Positions 46,125-55,609 of a stretch of DNA of 64,000 bases are shown piece after piece. The translations under genes and the position numbers were made by a program. The stretch is taken from the NCBI GenBank assembly GCA_963667285.1, contig OY763326.1, positions 3,055,546-3,119,545 of the forward strand, given 5' to 3'. Below the pieces are notes generated by a model, which did not search any database, was not told the origin of the DNA, and saw nothing but the letters and a program-made list of their open reading frames with translations. The stretch comes from Alphaproteobacteria bacterium (GTDB lineage Bacteria; Pseudomonadota; Alphaproteobacteria; MPNO01). Each line of letters starts with the position of its first letter. Position 1 is the stretch's first letter.

Positions 46125-47519
46125 CTATTGCCGCTGCCCGGCGGTCTGGCAAATGCGGGCGATCCGCCCGGCGTCGTCGAGCGATTCGAAGTCGCCGACG
46201 ACCTCGATCGCCGCCTCGGCGGATTGCGGCGGGAAGCCGGCGAAGGCGGTGCACTGGCGGAATTTTTCGCAGGCGTCGGCGAAGCTCATCGGCGCATGCG
46301 TCGAGCCCTGCGCCCAGTCGCAGCGCCTCTCCAGCCGCCTGCCGTCGGCGAGCTCGACATCGAGCAGGGTCGTCATGTTGGTGAAATCCGCCCCCGGCGC
46401 GTCGTAGGCGGCAAACCGCACCCGTTCCATCGTCTGGCGGATGTCGGGGCGGGCGAGCGTTTCTGCGGTGAACCCGGCGAGCCCGGCGCGGCCCTCGACG
46501 GCGACCAGCGCAAGCGCGAACTGCATCGAGAACCGCGCCTCCATGACCGTCTTCGGGTCGTGGTGGATCAGGGTCTCGAGGACCCGCCGGTTGGTTCTCG
46601 CGGAAATCGAAAGGATGTCGCCGCCGTCGAACCCGTGCTCGCGCCGGAGCGCCAGCAGGCCGGTCATCGCCGGGTGGGTCAGCGCGCCGTTGGGGAAGGG
46701 CTTGATCCACATGCCCGGATCGAGAATGGCCCAGGGAGCGCCCATGCGCTCCAGTATTGCGGGGTCGAAGCCGCCGCCCGCGGCGGCGAAATACCCCACC
46801 TTGCCGCCGAGCGCGTCTTCCGCGCCGACGAGCCCGCGCGCGGCCAGATCGGCCGCGACGATCCCCGCCTCCGCCGCGAGACCCGGATGCAGGATCTCCA
46901 CCATCGAGCCGAAGTTTTGCCTGACGCCGCCCGCCGCGCTGGCGGCGAAGGCGAGCGCGTGTCCGATCGCCGCGCGCTCCAGGCCGCAAAGCTTCGCCGC
47001 CGCCGCCGCGGCGCCGAATGTCGAGAGCGTCGCGGTCGCGTGGAACCCGCCCCGGTAGTGGCGCGGGTCGATCGCGTGGTTGATCCGGCAGGCGATCTCG
47101 ATGCCGGCATGGAGCGCGGCGGCGAGTTCGCGTCCGCTGGCCGCGCGCTCCTCCGCGACCGCGAGCGCGGCGGCGAGCACCGGCGCGGTCGCGTGGATGC
47201 CGCCATTGCGTTCCGCGGCCGCCTGCGGGTTGGTGTCGTCGAAATTGTCGGCATGCATCGCGGCCGCGTTGAGCAGCGCCGCGAAGCGCGGCGCGGTGCG
47301 TCCCGCGGTGCCCAGCAGCGTGGCCGTACCGCCCGCGAGACCGAGCGCGGCGACGTGGTCGCGGGCGATGCGGGCGGCCTCCGTGCGGGCGCCGGCGATG
47401 GCGAGGCCGATGCAGTCGAGCACGTGGACCCGGCCCCGTTCGAGCGCCGCCTCAGGCAGGTCCTCGAAGGCGACGCCGTGCGCGAACGCGGCGATCTTTC
47501 GGGTCGCGCCCGCGCTCAG
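46125..47519 (-). CDS. MmgE/PrpD family protein
   Basis: The conserved N-terminus ...TRKIAAFAHGVAFEDLPEAALERGRVHVLDCIGLAIAG is present. No canonical start codon lies upstream of it; the in-frame CTG at 47519 overlaps the upstream TGA, so the start is uncertain. Confidence 0.7.
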   Translation of the reverse strand: MSAGATRKIAAFAHGVAFEDLPEAALERGRVHVLDCIGLAIAGARTEAARIARDHVAALGLAGGTATLLGTAGRTAPRFAALLNAAAMHADNFDDTNPQAAAERNGGIHATAPVLAAALAVAEERAASGRELAAALHAGIEIACRINHAIDPRHYRGGFHATATLSTFGAAAAAAKLCGLERAAIGHALAFAASAAGGVRQNFGSMVEILHPGLAAEAGIVAADLAARGLVGAEDALGGKVGYFAAAGGGFDPAILERMGAPWAILDPGMWIKPFPNGALTHPAMTGLLALRREHGFDGGDILSISARTNRRVLETLIHHDPKTVMEARFSMQFALALVAVEGRAGLAGFTAETLARPDIRQTMERVRFAAYDAPGADFTNMTTLLDVELADGRRLERRCDWAQGSTHAPMSFADACEKFRQCTAFAGFPPQSAEAAIEVVGDFESLDDAGRIARICQTAGQRQ

Positions 47520-48589
47520 CCGATCGCCTCCGCGAAGTTGAGCACCGCCTCCTCGACGTCGCGCGCCCCGTTCCAGCGCGCTGCGACCGCGGTATGCGGC
47601 GTGATCACCACGTTGGGGAAGGCGGTCAGCGGGTCGTTCGGGGCGGCCGGCTCCTCCCAGAACACGTCGAGCCCGGCGCCGCCGAGCCGGCCGCTCTCCA
47701 GCGCCTCGATCAGGGCGGCCCGGTCGACGATCTCCGCCCGCGAGACGTTGATCAGCACCGCGCCCGGCTTCATCCGGCGGAACGCGGCGGCATCGATCAT
47801 GCCGCGCGTCTCCCGGTTCGACGGGAGCTGGACCGAGACGTAGTCGGAGCGCTCGAGCAGCTCCTCGAAGCCGCAATAGCGCGCGCCATGCGCCTCCTCG
47901 ACTTCGGGCGGGAGCCGGCGGCGCTGGAAATAGAGGACGTCCATTCCGAAGGCCGAGGCGCGCCTGGCGAGCTCGCGGCCGATCTCGCCCAGCCCGACGG
48001 CGCCGAGCACAGCGCCTTCGAGCGTCCCGATGCCGCCGATCCGGCCCCAGTTGGAGCGCCCGCAATGCCGGCTGTCGTAAAGCTTCGGCGCGTAGCCGAC
48101 GGCTTCCAGGCTGGCGGCATCGATCCGTCCGCCGATCTCGCAGATCTTCTTGGCGAGCGCCAGCATCAGGGCGAAGACGTGCTCGGCGACGGCGCCGTTG
48201 ACGCGGCGCCGAAGCGGTCTGACCGGCACCCCGCGGGCGGCGCAGGCCTCCAGGTCGATGTTGCGGAGATCCGCGCCGAACTTCTGGACGATTCTGAGAC
48301 CGGGCGCGCAGTCGAGCTCCGCCGCGCCGAACGCCATGCCTTCGACGATGGCGCCCGCGGCGTCGGGGAGTGCCGCGCGGAACGCCTCGACGTCGTCGGC
48401 CATGCGGAACTCGGCCGGGAAGATCGACGCCGCGCGGGTGCGCAGATCGTCCCGCCACGCGCCGAAATCCGGCAGGTCGACCGAGAAATAGTCGGCGATC
48501 GCGTCCTGCCGGTCGGCCGGCGTGTCGGGGTCGAGCACGACCTGGATATTGCGGATGATCGGATCGTTTTCGGCGACGATGACCGGCAC
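47516..48589 (-). CDS. D-isomer-specific 2-hydroxyacid dehydrogenase (NAD-binding)
   Basis: The NAD-binding motif is GAVGLGEIGRELARRA. The sequence is a typical 2-hydroxyacid dehydrogenase. Confidence 0.85.
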   Translation of the reverse strand: MPVIVAENDPIIRNIQVVLDPDTPADRQDAIADYFSVDLPDFGAWRDDLRTRAASIFPAEFRMADDVEAFRAALPDAAGAIVEGMAFGAAELDCAPGLRIVQKFGADLRNIDLEACAARGVPVRPLRRRVNGAVAEHVFALMLALAKKICEIGGRIDAASLEAVGYAPKLYDSRHCGRSNWGRIGGIGTLEGAVLGAVGLGEIGRELARRASAFGMDVLYFQRRRLPPEVEEAHGARYCGFEELLERSDYVSVQLPSNRETRGMIDAAAFRRMKPGAVLINVSRAEIVDRAALIEALESGRLGGAGLDVFWEEPAAPNDPLTAFPNVVITPHTAVAARWNGARDVEEAVLNFAEAIG

Positions 48590-48613
48590 TGCGCTTCTCC
48601 CGTCAGCGCGGCG

Positions 48614-50092
48614 TCAGGCCGTTGCCGCCGAGGCGCCGGCGATGCGGCCGAATACCGCGCCCGAGGTAAGCCCGCTGCCTCCGGGATAGTTGAAATAGAA
48701 GATGCCGCCGACCAGCTCGCCCGCCGCGTAGAGGCCCGGGATCGGCTCGGACTCGGTGTCGAGCACCTGCCCGTCGGTGCCGATGCGCAGGCCCCCGAAG
48801 GTGAAGGTGATGCCGCAGGTCACCGCATAGGCCTCGAAGGGCGGCTCGTCGATCGTGTTGGCCCAGTTCGACTTGGGGACCGCCAGCCCCTCGGTGCAGC
48901 GCCCGTCCTTGACGTTGGGGTTGAACGGGATGTTGGTGCGGACGGCCGCGTTATAGGCAGCGATCTCGTCGAGGAAGGCCCCGGCGTCGACCCCGTCGAG
49001 CTGCGGGGCGAGGTCTTCCAGCGTGTCCGCGCTCGCCTTGGTGACCTGGCGGATGTTGTATTCGTCGCGCTTCAGGTGGGCGACCTTGGCGTCGAAGATC
49101 TGCCAGGCGAACTGCCCCGGCTGCTCCAGGATCACCCTGCCGTACTTGGCGTAGGTGTAGTTGCGGAAATCCGCCCCTTCGTCGACGAAGCGCCGTCCCG
49201 TCGCGTTGACCATGACGGCGAAGGGGTAGCTGTGCTTCTGGAACTGGTCGCCCACCGCGAGGTCGCCGAACTCGGGGGCGTTCCGTTCCCAGCCGACCGC
49301 GTGGCAACCCGACCAGTTGCCGTAGGGCATCGCGCCGATATCGAGCGCCATGCGGATCCCGTCCCCGGTATTGAACCGCGTGCCGCGCACCTTGGCGAGC
49401 TCCCAGCCGGGGCCGAGATAGCGCGTGCGCCACTCGTAATTGCCCTGGAAGCCGCCGGCGGCGAGCACCACGGATCTGGCCCGGATCTCCTCGATCCGGC
49501 CCTTGCTCTTCACCGTCACGCCGCCCACCGTCACGCCGTCGAAGACCAGCCCGGTGGCGCGGTGGCCGTAGCGGATCTCGATGCCGCGCCTGGTCGCGAT
49601 CTCGTGCAGCGAATCGACCAGCCCCGGACCGCCGCCCCAGGCCTCGACGGTGAGCCCGCCCCAGAACTTGAACTTGCCGTCCACCTTGAAGGCCTGGCGG
49701 CCCCAGATCGGCGCGAAGCGCACCCCCTTCTCGCGCATCCAGAGGAGGGTGTCGCGCGACCGCGTGACCAGGAGCTCGACCATGTCGGGATCGGCGCGGT
49801 ACTGGGTGACCCGGGCCATGTCGTCATAGAACTGGTCCTGGGTGTAGGTGCCGAAATCGGTGTTGGCGATTTCCTCGTTGGTGAGGTCGGGCATCAGCGC
49901 CTTGAGGTCGTCGACCCCGTCATAGACCACCCGCATGGCCCCTGCGGTGAAGCGCGAGTTGCCGCCCGACTCGTCCTCGTTCGCGCGCTCCAGCACCAGC
50001 ACGCTGGCGCCGTTCTCCTCCGCCGCCAGCGCCGCGCAGATCGCCGCGTTGCCGGCGCCGACCACGACGACATCGAACTCGGAATCGCTCAT
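48614..50092 (-). CDS. FAD-dependent flavoprotein, TcuA (tricarballylate dehydrogenase)-like
   Basis: The FAD-binding N-terminus is DVVVVGAGNAAICAAL. The rest is TcuA / fumarate-reductase-like. Confidence 0.75.
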   Translation of the reverse strand: MSDSEFDVVVVGAGNAAICAALAAEENGASVLVLERANEDESGGNSRFTAGAMRVVYDGVDDLKALMPDLTNEEIANTDFGTYTQDQFYDDMARVTQYRADPDMVELLVTRSRDTLLWMREKGVRFAPIWGRQAFKVDGKFKFWGGLTVEAWGGGPGLVDSLHEIATRRGIEIRYGHRATGLVFDGVTVGGVTVKSKGRIEEIRARSVVLAAGGFQGNYEWRTRYLGPGWELAKVRGTRFNTGDGIRMALDIGAMPYGNWSGCHAVGWERNAPEFGDLAVGDQFQKHSYPFAVMVNATGRRFVDEGADFRNYTYAKYGRVILEQPGQFAWQIFDAKVAHLKRDEYNIRQVTKASADTLEDLAPQLDGVDAGAFLDEIAAYNAAVRTNIPFNPNVKDGRCTEGLAVPKSNWANTIDEPPFEAYAVTCGITFTFGGLRIGTDGQVLDTESEPIPGLYAAGELVGGIFYFNYPGGSGLTSGAVFGRIAGASAATA

Positions 50093-50177
50093 TCAAACCT
50101 CTCCAACAAGGCGCGCGCCGGCCGGGCCGTCCCCGCCGGCCGGCGGCTTCCCGACTGCCGAAACAGGGCGCCCGGGG

Positions 50178-51248
50178 CTATTCGGCCGCCTGGGCGATAC
50201 CCGCCTGCTCGCCTTCGATCATCCGGTCGATGGCGATCCGGGCGAGCGCCAGCGCGCTGTCGGCGTTGATCGGCACCAGGCTGCGGTCGGGGTCGAGGTC
50301 GAGGCGCTCCTGCTGCGCCTCCATGATCGTCTTGTCCTCGATGAAGGTCGGGTAGATCTCGTCGTACATGTCCTGGGTCGCCTGCGGCTCGTCCTGGCGG
50401 TAGCCGTTCGCGGTCGACCAGAAATAGTGAAAGGTCGTCTCGGTCTCCGGCGTCGCGCCGTGCAGCAGCCGAAGGTGGAAGCCCTTCTGGTCGCGGTTCT
50501 CGTGCGCGCCACGCCCGACGTCGAGACCGCCCGACCATTGCAGCACGATGCCGGGCGGGACGTATTCGAACTCCTGCCAGCGGTCGATGCGCCCTTCGAA
50601 CTGACCGCCCTTCTGATAGGTCGGCGGCGGCTGGCAATCCGGCATCCAGCGGATGAAATAGGCGCCGTTCTCGGTCGGCCGGGTCTCCATGTCGGCGGTG
50701 ACATGGGTCTTGGGATCGCCGCCGATGGTCCGGTTGTGGACATAGCCCAGATGCGTGAGGTCCATCAGATTGTCGATCATCAGCATGTAGTTGGCCTTGA
50801 TCTGGAACATCGCCTTGCGATGCGGCCATTTCTCGGGCTGGTCGTGATAGGGGTAGTCGACGATCCGGCTCTCGTCGGCGCGGGCGGGGTCGCCCATCCA
50901 GATCCAGACGATCTGGTTGCGCTCGACGACGGGATAGCTGACGACCCCGGCCTCGGGCGGGATGCGGTCCTGTCCCGGGATGGTCACGCAGGCGCCGGTG
51001 GTGTCGTAGACCAGGCCGTGATAGCCGCACTGGAGGCCGCTCTCGATCACCGTGCCGTGGGTGAGCGGCGCGCCGCGATGGCAGCAGCGGTCTTCCAGCG
51101 CGCCCACCTTGCCGTCGGAATCCCGGAACAATACCAGCGGCTGGTTCATGATCGTGCGGCCCAGCAAGCCGTCCGCGAGCTCCTCCGACCACGCGCCGAT
51201 ATACCAGGCGTTTCTCACGAAGGGCAGGTTGGTGGTGTCCGCAGCCAT
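50178..51248 (-). CDS. Rieske non-heme iron oxygenase, VanA / phthalate-family (class IA) oxygenase subunit
   Basis: The Rieske motif is CCHRGAPLTHG...CGYHG, followed by a VanA-like C-terminal domain. Confidence 0.85.
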   Translation of the reverse strand: MAADTTNLPFVRNAWYIGAWSEELADGLLGRTIMNQPLVLFRDSDGKVGALEDRCCHRGAPLTHGTVIESGLQCGYHGLVYDTTGACVTIPGQDRIPPEAGVVSYPVVERNQIVWIWMGDPARADESRIVDYPYHDQPEKWPHRKAMFQIKANYMLMIDNLMDLTHLGYVHNRTIGGDPKTHVTADMETRPTENGAYFIRWMPDCQPPPTYQKGGQFEGRIDRWQEFEYVPPGIVLQWSGGLDVGRGAHENRDQKGFHLRLLHGATPETETTFHYFWSTANGYRQDEPQATQDMYDEIYPTFIEDKTIMEAQQERLDLDPDRSLVPINADSALALARIAIDRMIEGEQAGIAQAAE

Positions 51249-51357
51249 GACGTCCGCTCCAATTGACGATTTCTCCGAACGGGCCGGTCCCGACCCTTGC
51301 GACGGAGACTAGCCCCGGGCCATCCTGATCGCAACCGGAGGACGCGGGGGCGGGAGC

Positions 51358-52602
51358 ATGAACAGGACCGACGCGAACAGGCTCGCCTTCGAGAGTCTCG
51401 GCGCGGCCGAGCCCGTGCTGGTCGACATCCGCCCGGCGATCGACGTGCTGCCCGGCATGACGCCCGCCACCGTGCTCACCTCGGGCCCGCCGATGCCGTG
51501 GGAGCGCTATGCCGGCGGCCAGCGCGACGCGGTGATCGGCGGCGCCCTGTTCGAGGGGCTGGCATCCGACGCCGAGGAGGCGGCGGGAAAGCTGGAGCGG
51601 GGCGAGATCGCGGTCGACGGCTGCCACGACTACGGCGCGGTGGGCTCGCTCGCCGGCATCTACACCGCCTCGATGCCGGTCTTCGTCGTCGAGAACCGGA
51701 CGGCGGGCATCAACGGCTTCTGCAACATGTACGAGGGGACCGACCCGAGGCGCCTCAACTACGGCGTCTACGACGAGGGGGTGCGGGAGCGGCTGCTGTT
51801 CGTCCAGGAGGTGATCGCCCCGGTCCTCGCCGAGGCGGTGCGGGCGGCGGGCGGCATTCCGCTCAAGCCGATCATGCGGCGCGCGCTGCACATGGGCGAC
51901 GAGCTGCACAGCCGCAACACGGCGGCCTCGCTCCTGTTCACCCGCGAGCTGTTCCCTCACCTTCTCCGCCTCGATCCCGCCATGCGCGACGCGGTCGAAC
52001 GCACCGTGGCCGCGCTCACCGAGGACCACTACTTCTTCCTCCGGCTGTCGATGGCCGCCGCCAAGTGCACCGCCGACGCCGCCGCCGGGATCGAGGGTTC
52101 CAGCGTGGTCACCGCGATGGCGTTCAACTGCAACAACTTCGCCATCCGGGTCTCGGGGCTGGGCGGGACCTGGTTCACCGGCCCGCACGCCTCGGTCGAC
52201 GCCAGGCTGTTCGAGGGCCACACGGAGGACGAGATCGCCTGGATGGGCGGCGAAAGCACCATCGCCGAGACCATCGGCCTCGGCGGTTTCGCGCAGGCCG
52301 CCGCCTTCCCGTTGCAGGACTACCAGGGCGGTTCCGCGCCGGCGATGGTCGAGCGCAACCTCGCGCTCTACGCCATTGCGGTGGGCGAGAACCCGGACTA
52401 TCGGATTCCCTATCTCGGCTATCGCGGCACGCCCACCGGCATCGACATCCACCGCGTGGTCGAGACCGGAATCCTCCCGGTTATGGATATCGGCATCGCC
52501 GGGCGCGACGGCGGGCAAATCGGCGCCGGCATCGTAAGCGCCCCCGTCGAATGCTTCGAAGCCGCGCTCGCGGCCTACCGGGCGCGCTACGGCGGCGCGT
52601 GA
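51358..52602 (+). CDS. Conserved hypothetical protein, possibly DUF1116 (YlbE/AllG-like)
   Basis: A 414-aa soluble protein. The family call is from memory of YlbE-like proteins only; no motif was verified. Confidence 0.4.
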   Translation: MNRTDANRLAFESLGAAEPVLVDIRPAIDVLPGMTPATVLTSGPPMPWERYAGGQRDAVIGGALFEGLASDAEEAAGKLERGEIAVDGCHDYGAVGSLAGIYTASMPVFVVENRTAGINGFCNMYEGTDPRRLNYGVYDEGVRERLLFVQEVIAPVLAEAVRAAGGIPLKPIMRRALHMGDELHSRNTAASLLFTRELFPHLLRLDPAMRDAVERTVAALTEDHYFFLRLSMAAAKCTADAAAGIEGSSVVTAMAFNCNNFAIRVSGLGGTWFTGPHASVDARLFEGHTEDEIAWMGGESTIAETIGLGGFAQAAAFPLQDYQGGSAPAMVERNLALYAIAVGENPDYRIPYLGYRGTPTGIDIHRVVETGILPVMDIGIAGRDGGQIGAGIVSAPVECFEAALAAYRARYGGA

Positions 52603-52606
52603 GGGG

Positions 52607-52702
52607 TGGCGGAAAAGAGTGGGAGTCGAACCCACCAGGGACGTCTCACGCCCCTCACCGGTTTTGAAGACCGGGCGCGCCACCGGGCCGCGATTCTTTT
52701 CC
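52607..52702 (-). tRNA. selC: tRNA-Sec (selenocysteine tRNA, anticodon UCA)
   Basis: The reverse complement folds as tRNA-Sec. It has an 8-bp acceptor stem (GGAAAAGA/UCUUUUCC), discriminator G and CCA. The anticodon loop CUUCAAA gives anticodon UCA. There is a long variable arm and a 5-bp T stem with loop UUCGACU. Overall it closely resembles E. coli selC (GGUG, UUCAAA, GGUUCGACUCC blocks). Confidence 0.85.
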
Positions 52703-52772
52703 GTGGCGGCGAGAGTGCGGCCAAGCCGGCGATCCCGTCAACCGCGGATCGTCCTTATCACGGGAGACCGCG

Positions 52773-53642
52773 ATGACCAGTGTGCTTTACGAACGCGACG
52801 GGCGGATCGCACGGATCACGCTCAACCGCCCCGAGGTGCTCAACGCCATCGACGACGAGATGCCGGGCGCGCTCTCCGACGCCGTCGCCCGGGCCGATGC
52901 CGATCCGGCGGTCCACGTCATGCTGCTCTCGGGCGCCGGGCGGGCGTTCTGTTCCGGCTACGATCTCAAGCGCTACGCGGGCGGGGAGAGGGGCGGCGGA
53001 GACGGCGGCTATGTCGGGCAGGAGATGCCCTGGGACCCGATCCAGGACTACGCCTTCATGTGGGCGAACACCCAGCATTTCATGGCGCTCTGGCGGGCGC
53101 TCAAGCCGGTGGTCTGCAAGGTGCACGGCCTGGCGCTCGCCGGCGGCTCCGACATCGCGCTGTGCGCCGACCTGACGCTGATCGCCGAGGACGCCGAGAT
53201 CGGCTACATGCCGGCGCGGGTCTGGGGCTGCCCGACGACCGCCATGTGGGTCTACCGCCTGGGACCGGAGAAGGCGAAGAGGCTGCTGTTCACCGGCGAC
53301 CGGATCGCGGGCTCGGAGGCGGCCGGGATGGGACTGGTGCTGAAGGCCGTGCCGGCCGACGCGCTCGACGACGAGGTGGAGACGCTCGCCCGGCGCATGG
53401 CGGGCGTGCCGGTCAACCAGCTGGCCATGCAGAAGCTGGTCATCAACCAGGCGATCGAGGCGACCGGCCTGGTCAACACCCAGCGGCTCGCCACGATCTT
53501 CGACGGCATCACCCGCCATTCGCCCGAAGGCCTGAACTTCGGGAAGCGGGCCGAAGAGGTCGGCTGGAAGCAGGCCGTGCGGGAACGCGACGACGGGAGC
53601 TGGGACTGGACCCTGGACAGGCCGATCGAGGGTTCGGATTGA
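52773..53642 (+). CDS. Enoyl-CoA hydratase/isomerase (crotonase) family
   Basis: SD GGGAGA precedes the ATG. Carries the crotonase motifs HVMLLSGAGRAFCSGYD and ...HGLALAGGSDIAL... Confidence 0.85.
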   Translation: MTSVLYERDGRIARITLNRPEVLNAIDDEMPGALSDAVARADADPAVHVMLLSGAGRAFCSGYDLKRYAGGERGGGDGGYVGQEMPWDPIQDYAFMWANTQHFMALWRALKPVVCKVHGLALAGGSDIALCADLTLIAEDAEIGYMPARVWGCPTTAMWVYRLGPEKAKRLLFTGDRIAGSEAAGMGLVLKAVPADALDDEVETLARRMAGVPVNQLAMQKLVINQAIEATGLVNTQRLATIFDGITRHSPEGLNFGKRAEEVGWKQAVRERDDGSWDWTLDRPIEGSD

Positions 53643-53680
53643 TCCGAGGATCCTGTCGTTCCGACCGGACCCGATAGCCT

Positions 53681-55609
53681 TCAGGTTTCCGGCCCCGAAT
53701 CCCCGCCGAACACCTCCTTGGCCGGCCGCAGGATCTTGCGCTCGTTGCCGGACCGCCGGGTGAATCGCACCTTGTCGAAATACTCCAGCACCTCGATGGC
53801 GAGGTTGCGCCCGATCCCGGCCGCGTCGCGGAACGATGCCGCGGTGACGGTGCCGTCCGCCGAGCCGTCCGCCGCCGCCTCCAGGCTTTCCGCCAGGCCG
53901 CGCAGGGCGCCAGGCAGGTAGTACCGGTTCCTGGTCGCGCCCACCACGAGGCCGAGCCTGGCGGCGCGGCCCAGGAAAGTCGCGATCCGCCGCGCATCCA
54001 TGCCGGTCCGCTCGGCGATCTCGCTCACCAGCGGCGGGCGGGTGCCGCCCTCCTCCAGCAGGGATTCCAGGTCGCGCCACAGCGTCTCGTCGGCGGCCGA
54101 CATGCGCGGCCGGTGGTCCGGCAGCCGGACGCGCGCGCCTTCGCGGACCAGCACCCCCTCGCGGTCCAGCTCGGGTATGGCGCGCTTCAGGAGATCGACC
54201 GGGACCCGCTTCTCCATCGCCGAGCGCAGATTGGCCTCGGTCGGACCCACCGCGTCGTCGTGGCTCGCATGCCAGACGGCGAGCGCCTCGCCGACGCTCG
54301 CCCTGAGCCGCTCCCAGCGCGGTCCGGAAAGCGCGAGCTCGCCGAGCCGCACCATCTCCGCCGCCGCGAAGATTTTTTCGCGCGCGGCTTCGGTGAGGTT
54401 GCGGGCGCGCGCGAATTTCGCGAGATCCACGGCGTTCTCCGCGGAGTCTATGGCGGCCTGGAGCGCGGCCGAGGCATCGGGCTCCGCCACCGCCTTCAGA
54501 TAGGCGAGCCGCGCCGGGCGGGCGCGACCGCGCGCCGGTGGCAGGATGTCGACCACCGATCCGCCGCCGATGGTGCGGGTCGCCGAGGTGTCGCGCAGCA
54601 CGAAGCGGTCGCCGTGCATCGCGCCGATCGGCCGGTCGAGCACGAGCTGGGCGAGCCCGGACTCGCCCGGCGCCAGCGACCGCGCTTCCAGCAAAGCGAG
54701 CCGGCCGGTCACGTCGGAAGCCGCGAGGTGGACATGGACCGGCGTCCAATGCGCCACCGGCCGGGTCTCGTCGGCGAGGATGCGCACGCTCGCGTCGATG
54801 CGGCGGGCGGGCAGGTGGGCGTCTTCTTCCACCACCCAGTCGCCGCGGGCCACCCCGTCCTTGCCGAGCGACTGGCCGACGATGTTGAGCGCCAGCCGCT
54901 CGCCCGCCCGGCCGCGCTCCGACTTGCGGTCCTGGGCGTGGATGCCGCGGACGCGGACCGGGATTCGCCTGGGCGACAGGACGAGCTGGTCGCCGACCGC
55001 GACGGTGCCCGAGAACGCGGTTCCGGTGACCACCAGCCCGGCTCCCACCACGGTGAAGGCCCGGTCCACGGCGAGGCGGAAATGCCCGTCCGCCGCACGC
55101 CGGCGGATGTCGCCCGACCTGGCTTCGAGATGCGCCTTCAGCGCCGCCACCCCGTCCCCCGCGACCGAGGAGACCGGGAAGCAGGGCGCCCCGGCGAGCC
55201 GGGTCTCGTCGAGATAGAGCTCGACCTCCTCGGCGACCTCCGCGACCCGTTCCTCGTCCACGCGGTCGGTCTTGGTGATCGCCACCGCGCCTTCGGCGAC
55301 GCCGAGCAGCTCGAGGATCGCCAGATGTTCGCGGGTCTGCGGCATCACCCCGTCATCGGCGGCGACGACCAGCAGCGCGAAGTCGATCGCCGCCACGCCG
55401 CACAGCATGTTGCGGATGAAGCGCTCGTGCCCCGGCACGTCGACGAACCCCAGCACCCCGCCGCCCGCCAGCGGCATATAGGCGAAGCCGAGATCGATCG
55501 TCAGGTTGCGCTGCTTCTCCTCCGGCAGGCGGTCGGTGTCGATCCCGGTCAGCGCGCGCACCAGCGACGTCTTGCCGTGGTCGACATGGCCCGCCGTCGC
55601 GACGATCAT
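53681..55609 (-). CDS. selB: Selenocysteine-specific translation elongation factor SelB
   Basis: Starts [22 protein letters not shown]...[18 protein letters not shown]. At 643 aa it includes the C-terminal winged-helix SECIS-binding extension. Confidence 0.9.
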   Translation of the reverse strand: MIVATAGHVDHGKTSLVRALTGIDTDRLPEEKQRNLTIDLGFAYMPLAGGGVLGFVDVPGHERFIRNMLCGVAAIDFALLVVAADDGVMPQTREHLAILELLGVAEGAVAITKTDRVDEERVAEVAEEVELYLDETRLAGAPCFPVSSVAGDGVAALKAHLEARSGDIRRRAADGHFRLAVDRAFTVVGAGLVVTGTAFSGTVAVGDQLVLSPRRIPVRVRGIHAQDRKSERGRAGERLALNIVGQSLGKDGVARGDWVVEEDAHLPARRIDASVRILADETRPVAHWTPVHVHLAASDVTGRLALLEARSLAPGESGLAQLVLDRPIGAMHGDRFVLRDTSATRTIGGGSVVDILPPARGRARPARLAYLKAVAEPDASAALQAAIDSAENAVDLAKFARARNLTEAAREKIFAAAEMVRLGELALSGPRWERLRASVGEALAVWHASHDDAVGPTEANLRSAMEKRVPVDLLKRAIPELDREGVLVREGARVRLPDHRPRMSAADETLWRDLESLLEEGGTRPPLVSEIAERTGMDARRIATFLGRAARLGLVVGATRNRYYLPGALRGLAESLEAAADGSADGTVTAASFRDAAGIGRNLAIEVLEYFDKVRFTRRSGNERKILRPAKEVFGGDSGPET

